Positions 1-8,934 of a DNA stretch of 64,000 nt are shown piece after piece. Where the stretch lies: NCBI GenBank assembly GCA_039030395.1, contig JBCCEF010000020.1:17364-81363 (forward strand), written 5' to 3'. The notes under the pieces were generated by a model, which saw nothing but the letters and a program-made list of their open reading frames with translations, did no database searches and was not told the origin of the DNA. A program made the translations under genes and the position numbers. The stretch comes from Acidobacteriota bacterium (lineage in GTDB: Bacteria; Acidobacteriota; Thermoanaerobaculia; Multivoradales; JBCCEF01). Every line of letters begins with the position of its first letter. The first letter of the stretch is position 1.

Positions 1-21
1 GACAAGGCGCGCCTGGATCGT

Positions 22-1761
22 TTGGCTGGGCTGTTTGGCGCCTCTTGCAAACTGCTCGAGTCGGTGGAGACAGAGGGTGATTCTGTGAGATCTCCGCCCT
101 TTCGCCGATCCCGATCGGTTGGCTCTCTGAGCCCTGAAGTAGAGCCTCTCGCTGGGCTGTATGCACATTTGACCGGTAGGACGTCCGCTCCGGCGGCCTC
201 CAGCCCGTCGATGAAGCCGGCCGTCTTGGTTGGATTCTTCCAGCACGCGACGCCGTCCTTCCTCCACCGGAGCTATCGAGATCTCGACGACAGCGCTCCC
301 GGCCTCCTGCTGGCGGAGGATGCCGAGGACCTTCGCCAGCAGATCTTGATTCGGTCGGCTGCCCTTTGCTTGAGCGGCTTCAATGAACCCTCCGATGCCG
401 CCATCTACGGCACCCTGCCGTTCGGCCGAGGGAGAGAGGAGGAGCAAGTTCTCGGCGGAAACGCGGAGCCAGCCGAGGTTCGAACTCTACTTGGGGGAGG
501 TGTCAATGTCCTGACCGTTGTCGCTCACGGTGACGGAGTCGACGCTTCACTCGGAGAGAAAAACACTCTCTGCCCCTACCCGCAGCGTCTGCGCGAGCTC
601 GGTGATCGCGAGGAGAGAAACGGCTGCCAGATCGAGAACTATTGTCACCGCTTGGAACTGCCGTACGACGAAGCGATCGGGGGAGAGGCGTTGCTTTCTC
701 CCGGTGACATCTCGGCGAAGGTACTGCTCTGGGCCTCCTGCCTCGGATTCCTTCCGGCGGGAACCGTGGTGGGCGCTGCCCATGGGCTGGGGCGCCGCTT
801 CCTGCAGAGCGACCGCATCGGAGCGGTGGTGACGGCGTGGCGAGTGCAGACCGTCGATCCTGTCTGGCTGGAATCGCTGGCCCGCCGCATCAATTCGGGG
901 GTCCCGGTCGGCCAAGCCTTGGCTCAGGCTCTGCGAGCGCGACCCGATCTCTCGGTCAACGGAGGCTACTGTCTTCTTGGAGATCCCGCTTTGCGAACAG
1001 GACGCCCCGGAGGCCCATCGGGGGCAGAAATCTTCGGTTCACGGCCGAAAATACGGGGAGCTATCGCAGCCGGTACCGGCAAAGATCCGAAGCCCGATGG
1101 CACTCCCTTCCTCATTCTCTGGTCTCAGGGTGACTTGGAGCAAGCCGATACTGCCGTGAGATCGCGCCTGCTCTACGAGATCGGCGAATATCGTCGGGCT
1201 CGGCAAGACGGCGGTGACCCGGAGCGGGGAGGCGACGCGCCGGGACCGCGCCTGCGGCAAGCAGCGATCGATCTTTGGTTCGGCCGAGGCCATCCGCTGG
1301 CCAGCGCCTACTGGCAAGAATTCGCCGCTACGGTTCCACTCGGCAACTTTCGGACCTGCCCGAGTTGCCGTCTTCCGGACAACCGGGTGTTCGCCGCCCG
1401 GGCGCGGTTCTCCGGCCGAGGAATCGCCGATCGGTTGGTGCTGAATTGCGCCGTGTGCGGCATTGTCACCGATGTTCCGGGGGGATTCGCCCTGGCGCTG
1501 CACCGAACAGAGACCGGCCTTCGATGGGTCGGCACCCGGCCGGCAAGGTGCTGGTCCGCTGGCGTTATCCTCAAGGCTCAACGGGTCGATCGCCGCCGCG
1601 CTCTGCCCTGGCCCGCCGACAGCGCGGGTCAACCCGATCGGGAGCTGAATTTGGTGCGCGTCGGGATGCGAGGCATCGTCGACGTGGGGGTATGCATGAT
1701 GGTGGAAAGCGAGGCCCTTTTTGCGTCGACCGTGGTTCGAATCACACCGCCGGACCTATAG
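22..1761 (+). CDS. hypothetical protein; possible clan-CD (caspase/gingipain/CHAT-like) cysteine peptidase with a C-terminal CxxC...CxxC zinc-ribbon-like motif. The frame is open back to position 1, so the 5' end may lie outside the window.
   Basis: This is a long ORF in a coding-like frame. A hydrophobic strand followed by His-Gly (VLTVVAHGDG) sits ~70 aa upstream of a hydrophobic strand followed by Cys (AKVLLWASCLGF), which matches the His/Cys dyad layout of clan CD peptidases. The motif CPSCRLPD...NCAVCGIV occurs near the C-terminus. The gene is convergent with the next gene, and their stop codons abut. Confidence 0.45.
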   Translation: MAGLFGASCKLLESVETEGDSVRSPPFRRSRSVGSLSPEVEPLAGLYAHLTGRTSAPAASSPSMKPAVLVGFFQHATPSFLHRSYRDLDDSAPGLLLAEDAEDLRQQILIRSAALCLSGFNEPSDAAIYGTLPFGRGREEEQVLGGNAEPAEVRTLLGGGVNVLTVVAHGDGVDASLGEKNTLCPYPQRLRELGDREERNGCQIENYCHRLELPYDEAIGGEALLSPGDISAKVLLWASCLGFLPAGTVVGAAHGLGRRFLQSDRIGAVVTAWRVQTVDPVWLESLARRINSGVPVGQALAQALRARPDLSVNGGYCLLGDPALRTGRPGGPSGAEIFGSRPKIRGAIAAGTGKDPKPDGTPFLILWSQGDLEQADTAVRSRLLYEIGEYRRARQDGGDPERGGDAPGPRLRQAAIDLWFGRGHPLASAYWQEFAATVPLGNFRTCPSCRLPDNRVFAARARFSGRGIADRLVLNCAVCGIVTDVPGGFALALHRTETGLRWVGTRPARCWSAGVILKAQRVDRRRALPWPADSAGQPDRELNLVRVGMRGIVDVGVCMMVESEALFASTVVRITPPDL

Positions 1762-3669
1762 AGATAAATCGTTGACGTTGTCGACCCCAAGGACCGCCGC
1801 GCACAACCGCGTCACGCCCAGGGCGAGTCCGACGCAAGGCGGTAGGCCGGCTTCGAGAATGCGAACGAAACTCTCGTCGTTCCGTTCGACCATCGGATGG
1901 CTGCGTGCGTGGTTCGCCAAGTCCTCCCGCACCCGCGAGGCGCTCAGCTCTTCGCGCACGATCTCGCCGCAGGTTTCGCCGTTCACCACCAGCCAGAACA
2001 GACTTGCTTCTTCTCCTGGCTGGGCCGACAGCGGACTCCGGTGCAGTGGGATGTCCGTCAGGACCACCATGCCGTCGAGCTGGCGTACCGCGCGCTTGGT
2101 CAGCGTCATCCTCCCCCGTTCGACCTCATCCGACTCCAGGCCCGCGGCTTCTAGAGCGTCCGCCACAGCTTCTCGGTCTTCCAGGTCGACGCCCAGGGTT
2201 TGATAACAGGCGTCCCGGGCGCTGACCTCGACGGCCTCCGGCAGGTCCGGCAAGAGGTTGCGGATCAGTCGCACGGCGAGGGCCGCCATGTCGTCCATCG
2301 AAGCGAGGGCGGCGTAGGCTTCGAGAAGGGTGAATTCCGGGCTGTGAGCGGCATCTCTTCCCTCGTTCCTGAAGCTCGGCCCGATCTCGAAGCATCGGGG
2401 GATCCCGCTGGCGATGGCCGCCTTCAGTCCCTTCTCGAAGGTCAGCCGGAGGTAGCCCCAGCGTTCGTCGGCCGCGACCCAGGTTCGAAAGGGCCGGGCT
2501 CGGCCACCGAAGAATCCTCGCTCCAGCACCGGGGTGGAGAGTTCGATGAAGCCGGCTTGCCGGAAGCCCGTGCGGAGGGTGGACAGAACCCCTGCCACGC
2601 CGTGGTTCAGGCGGTAGCGGTCGAAAAAGACCGGTGCCTCCTGGGGCGAAAGCTGGCAGGGTATGTGGCATAACATCTTGGTCACGAACACGGTCGGCGT
2701 GCCGGCCCGCGAGCGCTCCAGAGAGCCCTCGGTCACCAGGTAGTCGTGAATCCGAATCCGCTCGGTCCGAGCCTCTCCTGGAAGATTCGCCGGGAGTCCG
2801 ATCTGGAACCGCCGGCCGCCGGCCGCCAGATCGATGAAGGCGACGGTGCGGTGGCGCCGCAGGTGAACGACGCGACCCGCCACCACGGTCGAAGTCGATG
2901 TCGGATCCTCCAGCAGCTTCTCCGCGGCCTCCTCCGAAGGAAGGAGGTGCGGAGTGAAGGTCGCCGCCACCGGCTCGCTGTGGACGTCGGGAGGGAGGGC
3001 CGAGGAAGGTCGGGATGTAGCCCACTGCGGGTTCAGTTCCGGCAGAAACTCATGGACATCGCGGCGGCGGGGCGAGGCCGCCAAAAGCCGAACGGCCCAG
3101 TCGGTCAGGGCCTTTCGTCGATCGGGCGAGCAACCCTTCTGCGCCGCCATGCGGAGCCCGTGGCGGGCGGCGTAGAGCGGCAAGACGTTCGAGGAGGCAC
3201 CGTAGCCGGTGAGCAAGCCGGTCAACAGGTCGAAGGCCGATCGCCGCTTCTTGGGATGGTCGATCCACAGCAACTCCGCGGCCAGAGGGCCGAGGTCACC
3301 CTCCTTGACGCCTTCCCCCGCAGGGCTCAACGGCTTTCCTTCTCGCGCATCGGCGAACAGGCCCGGCAGGTCGGACTTGCCGTACCGGTAGACCGCTGGC
3401 TGTACACGGAGGCGCGACAGCCAAGCGGTCGAGAGTTGGAGAAGCGACCAGCGGTCTCCACCTTCGATCAACTCCTCCGGTAGAGAGAGCAGCAGGGCGG
3501 GCAATCCAGTCGGCCCGAGGGTCAGCCGATGCTCCTCGCCCTGCCGCAGTTCTTCACCCGTCTGGTGGAGGGTGCGCAACTGCCGCGCGAAGCTTCGGCC
3601 GAAGGCGTAGGGATCTTCCCCAGGATGTAAATGATCCATCATTATGTAGAGTAGCGGCAGAGCGTTCAT
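1756..3669 (-). CDS. divergent class IIb aminoacyl-tRNA synthetase paralogue (LysRS/AsnRS/AspRS-like) with a ~250-aa N-terminal extension of unknown fold
   Basis: An OB-fold anticodon-binding-like segment is present (VVAGRVVHLRRHRTVAFIDLAAGGRRFQIGL). Motif 1-like FIELSTPVLE, motif 2-like FEIGPSFRNEGRDAAHSPEFTLLEAYAA and motif 3-like GLPPCVGLALGVTRL are all present. The segment FWLVVNGETCGEIVREELS resembles the LysRS FElfi.g.E..n..sEl segment. The first ~250 residues match nothing I recognise. Confidence 0.8.
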   Translation of the reverse strand: MNALPLLYIMMDHLHPGEDPYAFGRSFARQLRTLHQTGEELRQGEEHRLTLGPTGLPALLLSLPEELIEGGDRWSLLQLSTAWLSRLRVQPAVYRYGKSDLPGLFADAREGKPLSPAGEGVKEGDLGPLAAELLWIDHPKKRRSAFDLLTGLLTGYGASSNVLPLYAARHGLRMAAQKGCSPDRRKALTDWAVRLLAASPRRRDVHEFLPELNPQWATSRPSSALPPDVHSEPVAATFTPHLLPSEEAAEKLLEDPTSTSTVVAGRVVHLRRHRTVAFIDLAAGGRRFQIGLPANLPGEARTERIRIHDYLVTEGSLERSRAGTPTVFVTKMLCHIPCQLSPQEAPVFFDRYRLNHGVAGVLSTLRTGFRQAGFIELSTPVLERGFFGGRARPFRTWVAADERWGYLRLTFEKGLKAAIASGIPRCFEIGPSFRNEGRDAAHSPEFTLLEAYAALASMDDMAALAVRLIRNLLPDLPEAVEVSARDACYQTLGVDLEDREAVADALEAAGLESDEVERGRMTLTKRAVRQLDGMVVLTDIPLHRSPLSAQPGEEASLFWLVVNGETCGEIVREELSASRVREDLANHARSHPMVERNDESFVRILEAGLPPCVGLALGVTRLCAAVLGVDNVNDLSL

Positions 3670-3866
3670 TCTGCCACGGGAGGGCCGGAGGGCTCACCCA
3701 GCCGGGTGTCCACAGCCATTCGGTGCAACCGGCCGACGACGGCAGGGTTCGGTCGCGGGCAGCGGTTGCGTAGACCGTTGGCGTTCAGGTAAATATATGC
3801 GCTGGTGCCCTTGCGTCATCTCACTGCGTCGCCGCGATCCCTTCTCTCTTTTCCCTCAGGAGCCGG

Positions 3867-5180
3867 ATGATTCCTCGACGCCCTTCCGATCTCGACGACC
3901 CCAAGCTCGAGGCCGAGACCGCCCATCCGATCGCGGGCGCGGAGGCCGTCTGGGCCAACGTGCCGGCGCTGCGGCGTGACTTCGGCCACCTTCCCGATGC
4001 GCCGACGACGACAGACGGCTGGCACACCTGGCTGGCCCGGCAGGGCGGACTGATCTCCGCCACCCAGGCGGCGCAGGAAGTGGCCAATACCCGGATCCCG
4101 ATCCGCGACGTGGCGGTGACCGTGTACCGCCTGCCGCGCGGCGGCCGCGCCTTCTCCGTTCCCCTGCGCTCCGTTGCCAGCGACTACGTGGATCCCATCG
4201 AAGGCGGCGGCCTGCTCAGCCTGAAGGCGGTCGGGGTCAAGCCGGGGGTGGTGCCCGAAGCCAACCTATTCAACTACAGCAACGGACTGCAGTGGTTGGA
4301 AGGGGTTCTGCACGAAGTTCTGATCCAGCGGGTGGTCGAGAAGGTGCTGCGGTACGCCGGCAGTTCGGTGAACTGTTTGCCGGTGTACGGAGCCCTCGAT
4401 GGCGGGTTCGCCGTTCGCGACAGCGAGGGCAATACCTGGCCGGCGGGGATTTTGGTTCGGCAGGCCCACCGCCGGCAGGTCAAGGGCTGGGACTTTCCGC
4501 TGCTCGGCAGCCCAGGCCAACAGCTGATGCTCGACACCGAGCTGGAACTCCGGCGCTACGGCATCACCTCGACTTCCGACAAGGGAACCTTCCAGCTCAA
4601 GCGGCACGCGGACGGGAGACTGGAGTTTCTCTGTGCCCACCTCGGGGGATTCGTTCCGGGAGACACTCCCGCGGGGGTTGCCCGCGGCCTGTGGGAGCGG
4701 TTCCGGACCTACGCCGAACCCGGTGAAGATTTCATTCGCTTCAAGGGGGTCGCCGTCCAGTTCACCCGCTTCGAGGAAGGGGTTGAACCACTGCTGCTCG
4801 ACTTCGGTGGCTTCCGCTTCTCCGACCGCTTCACCGGGCCGCTCCTCAGCTTGGTGCTCCAGCAGCCGAGCAACTGGGGCGGCACGATCAATCCGGATAG
4901 CGATGCCTATGTGCAGCCGGATCCGAATCGTGCTCTCGATCCTCGGTACTGGCGGGCGGAACCACTGGAGACGCTTTCGAAGAAGCACCTGGAAGGTGCT
5001 TTGGAGGCCCTGCCGGAGAGGCTGCCGGGGCCACCGGACGATGTGCCCTACTCGCCGGTGGAACATGTGGTCTGCCGCCTGGCCCAGGGATTCACCGGCG
5101 GCACCCTCGCAAGACAGGAAGTGGCCTCCGCCTTGGATCACCTCCTGGCGCTGACCACCGAGAGCCTGGAACGAGGCTAG
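3867..5180 (+). CDS. hypothetical protein (437 aa), member of the RiPP island; function unknown
   Basis: The ORF has coding-like composition and an AGGAG motif 4 nt upstream of the ATG. Its TAG stop overlaps the TAG stop of the convergent dehydratase gene in the palindrome CTAG (5177-5180). There are weak kinase-like hints only (SLKAVGVK, LLLDFGG). Confidence 0.6.
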   Translation: MIPRRPSDLDDPKLEAETAHPIAGAEAVWANVPALRRDFGHLPDAPTTTDGWHTWLARQGGLISATQAAQEVANTRIPIRDVAVTVYRLPRGGRAFSVPLRSVASDYVDPIEGGGLLSLKAVGVKPGVVPEANLFNYSNGLQWLEGVLHEVLIQRVVEKVLRYAGSSVNCLPVYGALDGGFAVRDSEGNTWPAGILVRQAHRRQVKGWDFPLLGSPGQQLMLDTELELRRYGITSTSDKGTFQLKRHADGRLEFLCAHLGGFVPGDTPAGVARGLWERFRTYAEPGEDFIRFKGVAVQFTRFEEGVEPLLLDFGGFRFSDRFTGPLLSLVLQQPSNWGGTINPDSDAYVQPDPNRALDPRYWRAEPLETLSKKHLEGALEALPERLPGPPDDVPYSPVEHVVCRLAQGFTGGTLARQEVASALDHLLALTTESLERG

Positions 5181-7888
5181 GCCCTCAGGCAGGACGAGTC
5201 CAACACCAGTTCCGTCGCCCAGCGTTCCCCCCGGGCGTCCATCGGAAAGGCCTCGGGAGTGGGCAGCATTTCCTCGAACTCCACCGGCCCGCCGGCCCGT
5301 TCGACGATGCCTGCCAGCAGTTCGAGGAAAGTTGGCGACCGCAGGTCGAGAAACTGTGGTTTGAAGGTCTGCTTGTCTCCAAAGATCACCCGCTCGATGA
5401 CGAAGACTCGCGCCGCGACGCCGTGAAGGCGTCGCCAGCGATCGAGGCCGACACGCGCCTGGGCGCCGGGTCGCTGCAGAATGTCGGCAAGCTCCGCCGC
5501 CGGCACCACCCAACGCCGGCGCGCCAGCACCAACCGGTCGAGAACCACCCGGTCGAGGTGCGTGACCTGGCCGTCGGTGCGCCGCGGTTGGGGTGGCGTG
5601 CGACTGCGGATCTCACCGGGCCCGAACTGCGCTAGGAAACCGATCAACGACGGCATGAAGGCGAGGGTGGCGGCGCCGAGATGGAGCGGCAACAGGCGCC
5701 AGCCCGCCGCATCGACTAGGACCGGCAGGGAATCGTCGAAGCGCACCCGCAGGGAGGCGAGTGGAATTCCCCGGTCCACCGCTACCGGCGGCGTTTCTCC
5801 CGGTAGCCATAGGGCACGTTCGGTCGGAACCTCGTGAACGTTGAGCGTGTCACCCTGGCTTGAATAAAGGTCGACGGGCTCCCCTCCCAGTGGATTCTGA
5901 CCCAGCCTCCGCAGGCCGGTCCCCGGGCCCATGCGGAAACCGTTGGCGATGCACCGACGGTCGGCCCGTTCCAGAATTGGCAGAAGGCGGCCGGGATAGC
6001 GGCTGGTGCCCTCGAAGACCCGATGGGCCATCCAGCGCCCGCCTTCGCCGCCGATTGGCTGGGCGAACAGGCATGGGCCGGACAGCGGGGTCACCCAGCC
6101 CGGCAGCTCGTCTAGCAGGGCCTCGAGGCCTCGGCGAGACATCACCGCCTCGCCGGCCGTGCCGGCGTCGCCCAGGCTCATTTCCGGGAGCGCACGCCAC
6201 AGTTTCCGGCGCTGTTTCTGGAGTTTGTCGAGGTCAGCCACAGCCAGTGGGTTGAAGCCGTGTCCATCGCTCGGGTCGGCCCCTTCTCCCAAGGTCCGAC
6301 GCACCGCGGGCCAGAGCGGTAGGGCGTGCTCGAAGAGGTCGAGGGCGGCCACCTCGTCGCGTTCCGGCCATTCGCGGCGGGCGATTTCCCGTAGGGTCAG
6401 CAGAATGTCGTAGCGGGGAGAGAGAAGGTCGAGAACGCGGAACCACGGTTCCACCTGACGCAGCAAGATCGTCGCGTCCTCCGCTCGCCCCAACACTGGC
6501 GTCGGCGCATCGGCGGCGGCGAGAGCGACGTCTTCGTAGGTCTCCGACCGCTTGTAGCGATGTAGTGTTGTCGTCGCCGGATAGCCCGCCGCGCGTCCGG
6601 CGACAAGCCAAGCCTCTTCGACGGCCCGGTCGATCGAGCGGGCGGCATCGACCGGCTCCTCACAGGTGGCGAAGGCCGATTCCGCCGCCAGCCAGGTGGC
6701 GAAGGCGTCTTTCCCCGGATCGCCCTCGACTCCGCCAAGCCAGTGGGCGATGCTCGATTCGAGGCGCGGTCCGGCGCTTGTCCAGGGTGCGGTGAGGACC
6801 AACACGCCCGCTGCAACCAGCCGGTCGAGGAGGCTCCGCGAGCGTTCTCGATCGCCGCCGAACTCTCCGCACAGCTTGTCCTCCAGATCTCCCAGCGTCG
6901 AGGCATCGGCAACTGGCTGACGCAGCCACTCGACGATCGTCGGATCGATGGTCACCGTCGCCGGCAGCCCGCCGATGCGGCGCAGGCGCAAGTTCTGATC
7001 TTCGCTCTTTGGAAGCCAGCGCACCGGTTTAATCAACCGGTGGCGGTCACCCTCCAGGTGGCGAAGGGAATCGTTGAGCTGAACGGGCCTTTGGCGCAGA
7101 ACCTCCGGTGACGCGAGCCACGCCGCCTCGATCTGCTCGACCAGGTAGCGCCGTACCCTCACCAGCGACCGCTCCTCCCACTCCCCCGGACACCCGACCA
7201 GCTGGATTCCCTCCGGAGAGTCCGGCCGAGCGCTGCCTCCGGCAGGCGGCGACCAGCCGGCGCGAGTCCAGCGGGTGAAGGTCGAGAAGGGCGAAAGCTT
7301 GAAGACGCCGCGGCTCCAGTAGCGCACCAGGCTGGCGCGGGCGCGTCGTGCTTTACGGCCGCGGCCCTGCAGCAGGGTCTTTCGCACCGCCGCCAGGCGC
7401 GAAGCCAGCGGTTGCGACGAGAGAGCCAGGGCGCGGCGAAAGGCAGGCTGATCGAGGGTGGAAACGAGAAAGGCGTCCTCGGCGCGCGAGCACTGGCGGT
7501 AGGTGGCATCGAGGTCGGAGTCGACCGCGTGGAGGTGCGTTGCCAGCGAGGCGAGCTGGCTGAGAGCACTGCGCGTCGAATCCGGCAGGACCTCCGACGG
7601 CATCTCCCGCCAGTCGCCGCCCGGGGGGCGACCGTTGAACAGGTCGCGCTTGAGCCGCAGCAAAGGGCTCCGGTGCTCCGGCGGCGCATTGCCCACGGCG
7701 ATGAAGAGTGCTTCGATCAGACCGGCACGCCGGGCATCGAGCTGCCGCACGAGATCTCGCCGCCTAGCCAGCAGCGGCTCGAGCCGTCGGCCGTCGAATG
7801 GGTCGGCGGGCGATGCCGACTGGCCGGCGATGCGTGCCGCCAGCAAAGGCGGCTGCTGAGACTCGTCCGTCGTCTCGATGTCCTTCAC
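5177..7888 (-). CDS. lanthipeptide/thiopeptide-type dehydratase, N-terminal (glutamylation, Lant_dehydr_N-like) protein of a split LanB; it could alternatively be a small-LanB/PEARL-type enzyme
   Basis: The protein is ~904 aa from GTG 7888. LanB N-domain hallmarks are present: LLRLKRDLFNGR, a SPFSTFT segment equivalent to the RxTPFGLF motif, GTSRYPGRLLP equivalent to G.SGRF, and a C-terminal KPQFLDLRSPTFLELL...GERWATELVLD end typical of the N-domain. No FF.RY..P.HLRLR elimination domain is present. The GTG start overlaps the upstream TGA (GTGA). The 185 codons upstream in the ORF-track entry are Arg/Pro-rich and overlap gene 7885-8934 in another frame. Confidence 0.85.
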   Translation of the reverse strand: MKDIETTDESQQPPLLAARIAGQSASPADPFDGRRLEPLLARRRDLVRQLDARRAGLIEALFIAVGNAPPEHRSPLLRLKRDLFNGRPPGGDWREMPSEVLPDSTRSALSQLASLATHLHAVDSDLDATYRQCSRAEDAFLVSTLDQPAFRRALALSSQPLASRLAAVRKTLLQGRGRKARRARASLVRYWSRGVFKLSPFSTFTRWTRAGWSPPAGGSARPDSPEGIQLVGCPGEWEERSLVRVRRYLVEQIEAAWLASPEVLRQRPVQLNDSLRHLEGDRHRLIKPVRWLPKSEDQNLRLRRIGGLPATVTIDPTIVEWLRQPVADASTLGDLEDKLCGEFGGDRERSRSLLDRLVAAGVLVLTAPWTSAGPRLESSIAHWLGGVEGDPGKDAFATWLAAESAFATCEEPVDAARSIDRAVEEAWLVAGRAAGYPATTTLHRYKRSETYEDVALAAADAPTPVLGRAEDATILLRQVEPWFRVLDLLSPRYDILLTLREIARREWPERDEVAALDLFEHALPLWPAVRRTLGEGADPSDGHGFNPLAVADLDKLQKQRRKLWRALPEMSLGDAGTAGEAVMSRRGLEALLDELPGWVTPLSGPCLFAQPIGGEGGRWMAHRVFEGTSRYPGRLLPILERADRRCIANGFRMGPGTGLRRLGQNPLGGEPVDLYSSQGDTLNVHEVPTERALWLPGETPPVAVDRGIPLASLRVRFDDSLPVLVDAAGWRLLPLHLGAATLAFMPSLIGFLAQFGPGEIRSRTPPQPRRTDGQVTHLDRVVLDRLVLARRRWVVPAAELADILQRPGAQARVGLDRWRRLHGVAARVFVIERVIFGDKQTFKPQFLDLRSPTFLELLAGIVERAGGPVEFEEMLPTPEAFPMDARGERWATELVLDSSCLRA

Positions 7889-8934
7889 GGAGGGGTGAGG
7901 TGGATCCTTTGGAAAGGTTCCAGGTTCTCGGCCGCGGCGCGGACGATGAGATGCAGCGCGAAGGCCTGATCGAGCCGTTTGAGGCCGATGAGGTTTGCAA
8001 AGCCGTGCAGAACCTTGATCAAGGGTGGAAAAAACGGCTGGGCGGCGAAGGGATCGAGCTGAATACCCGAGTCGTCGTAGCGGCCGTCGACGTGGCGAGC
8101 GATCCGCAGGAGGGTCGCGCCCCAGGGGGTATCCGGTACCGGCTCCCGCGGTCCCTCCACGGCGATCGATTCGCGCAGAACCTCGACGGCGCCGGCGTTG
8201 CGCGACGCCAACCGTTCGAGGTTCTCGATGTACTCCTGGCCCTGGTCTTCCTCTTTTCCTTCGCGCAGCAGCGGTGAACGGATCAACCAGTCGCGGTGGT
8301 ACGCGGCGTAGGCGGCGGTTTCCTGGGGGGAGAGGCCGAGCGCGTAGGCCGCCTGGATCATCGCCCGCCACATCAAGCGCTGGCGTCGCGGATGATCGAT
8401 CACCGCCCGCTGATCCGCCAGCTCGGAGAGAAACATCGAGCATCCCCGATCGAAGGCGCGCACCATCAGTCCGCGGTAGGCGGGGTCTTCCAGGTACGGT
8501 TCACCGCCGAAGGAGATCTTGGTCAAGCGGTAGTCGGTGAAGTCGAGGGACCGGTCCGGCGCCGGCTCGTCGCCAAAGTCCCTACCGTCGATCGGCGGCG
8601 ACTCCGACCGGGAGGGCCGGCGAGCCTCGTCGTCGGCCGGCGGCAGTCGGCCGAAGAACCCTTCGGTCAACGACAGCATCCGGGAGCGAATAGCGTCGAC
8701 CTCCGATTCTGGAAGGTGGATGCGAATCTTGAGGTGCTCGCCATTGCGGGCATAGCGCATAGCCCACAGTAGCGCCTCGTCGGGTAGAGCCTCGAGTTCG
8801 CTGCGCAGGGGCACCAAAACCTCGAGCGCTGCGGAGTCCAAGACGCTCGCGGCATAGAGATTGGCGGAAAGGTTGGGGTCGGTGGACGCGCCGCCTTCGC
8901 GAGTGCCTCTCGGAGGTTGCGCCGCCTCTACCAC
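7885..8934 (-). CDS. SpaB_C / Lant_dehydr_C-like protein, copy 1 (divergent), translationally coupled to the dehydratase N-domain gene
   Basis: It carries LLWAMRYARNGEHLKIRIHLPE, a divergent version of the W.F.RY.D.g.HLRLR signature of the LanB elimination / thiopeptide-type bacteriocin biosynthesis domain. The start is GTG, preceded by AAGGAGGAGA. There is a 4-nt GTGA overlap with 5177-7888. Confidence 0.7.
   Translation of the reverse strand: MVEAAQPPRGTREGGASTDPNLSANLYAASVLDSAALEVLVPLRSELEALPDEALLWAMRYARNGEHLKIRIHLPESEVDAIRSRMLSLTEGFFGRLPPADDEARRPSRSESPPIDGRDFGDEPAPDRSLDFTDYRLTKISFGGEPYLEDPAYRGLMVRAFDRGCSMFLSELADQRAVIDHPRRQRLMWRAMIQAAYALGLSPQETAAYAAYHRDWLIRSPLLREGKEEDQGQEYIENLERLASRNAGAVEVLRESIAVEGPREPVPDTPWGATLLRIARHVDGRYDDSGIQLDPFAAQPFFPPLIKVLHGFANLIGLKRLDQAFALHLIVRAAAENLEPFQRIHLTPP

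Noticed and set aside
1756-3669. Interpreting the LysRS-like gene simply as the housekeeping lysyl-tRNA synthetase
   Set aside because: This is not fully excluded, but it is disfavoured. The gene has a 250-aa unrelated N-terminal extension and several degenerate conserved LysRS segments. It is packed stop-to-stop inside the RiPP island. A whole-genome check for another lysS is needed.
3867-5180. Calling the 437-aa island protein a protein kinase or ATP-grasp ligase
   Set aside because: Only two short motif-like strings are present (VGVK, LDFGG). No HRD/catalytic loop or ATP-grasp signature is visible. It is kept as hypothetical.
4266-5513. Long alternative-frame/antisense ORFs throughout the window. 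Examples: 4266-5513(-), 2126-3025(-), 16784-17644(-), 20669-22012(-), 25630-26706(+), 27795-29522(-), 29937-31049(-), 38890-39717(-), 43180-44280(+), 43622-44572(-), 46016-46918(-), 47080-48204(+), 51845-52873(+), 53969-55225(-), 58592-59665(-), 61156-61884(-)
   Set aside because: These are typical high-GC shadow ORFs. They are Arg/Pro/Gly/Ala-rich with no recognisable motifs, and each overlaps a gene with strong family signatures on the other strand or frame.
7889-8443. The N-terminal 185 codons of ORF-track entry 5177-8443, which would make a 1088-aa dehydratase
   Set aside because: This stretch is extremely Arg/Pro/Gly-rich. It overlaps the well-supported gene 7885-8934 in another frame. 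The recognisable LanB N-domain sequence begins right at GTG 7888, which forms a GTGA overlap with the upstream stop.
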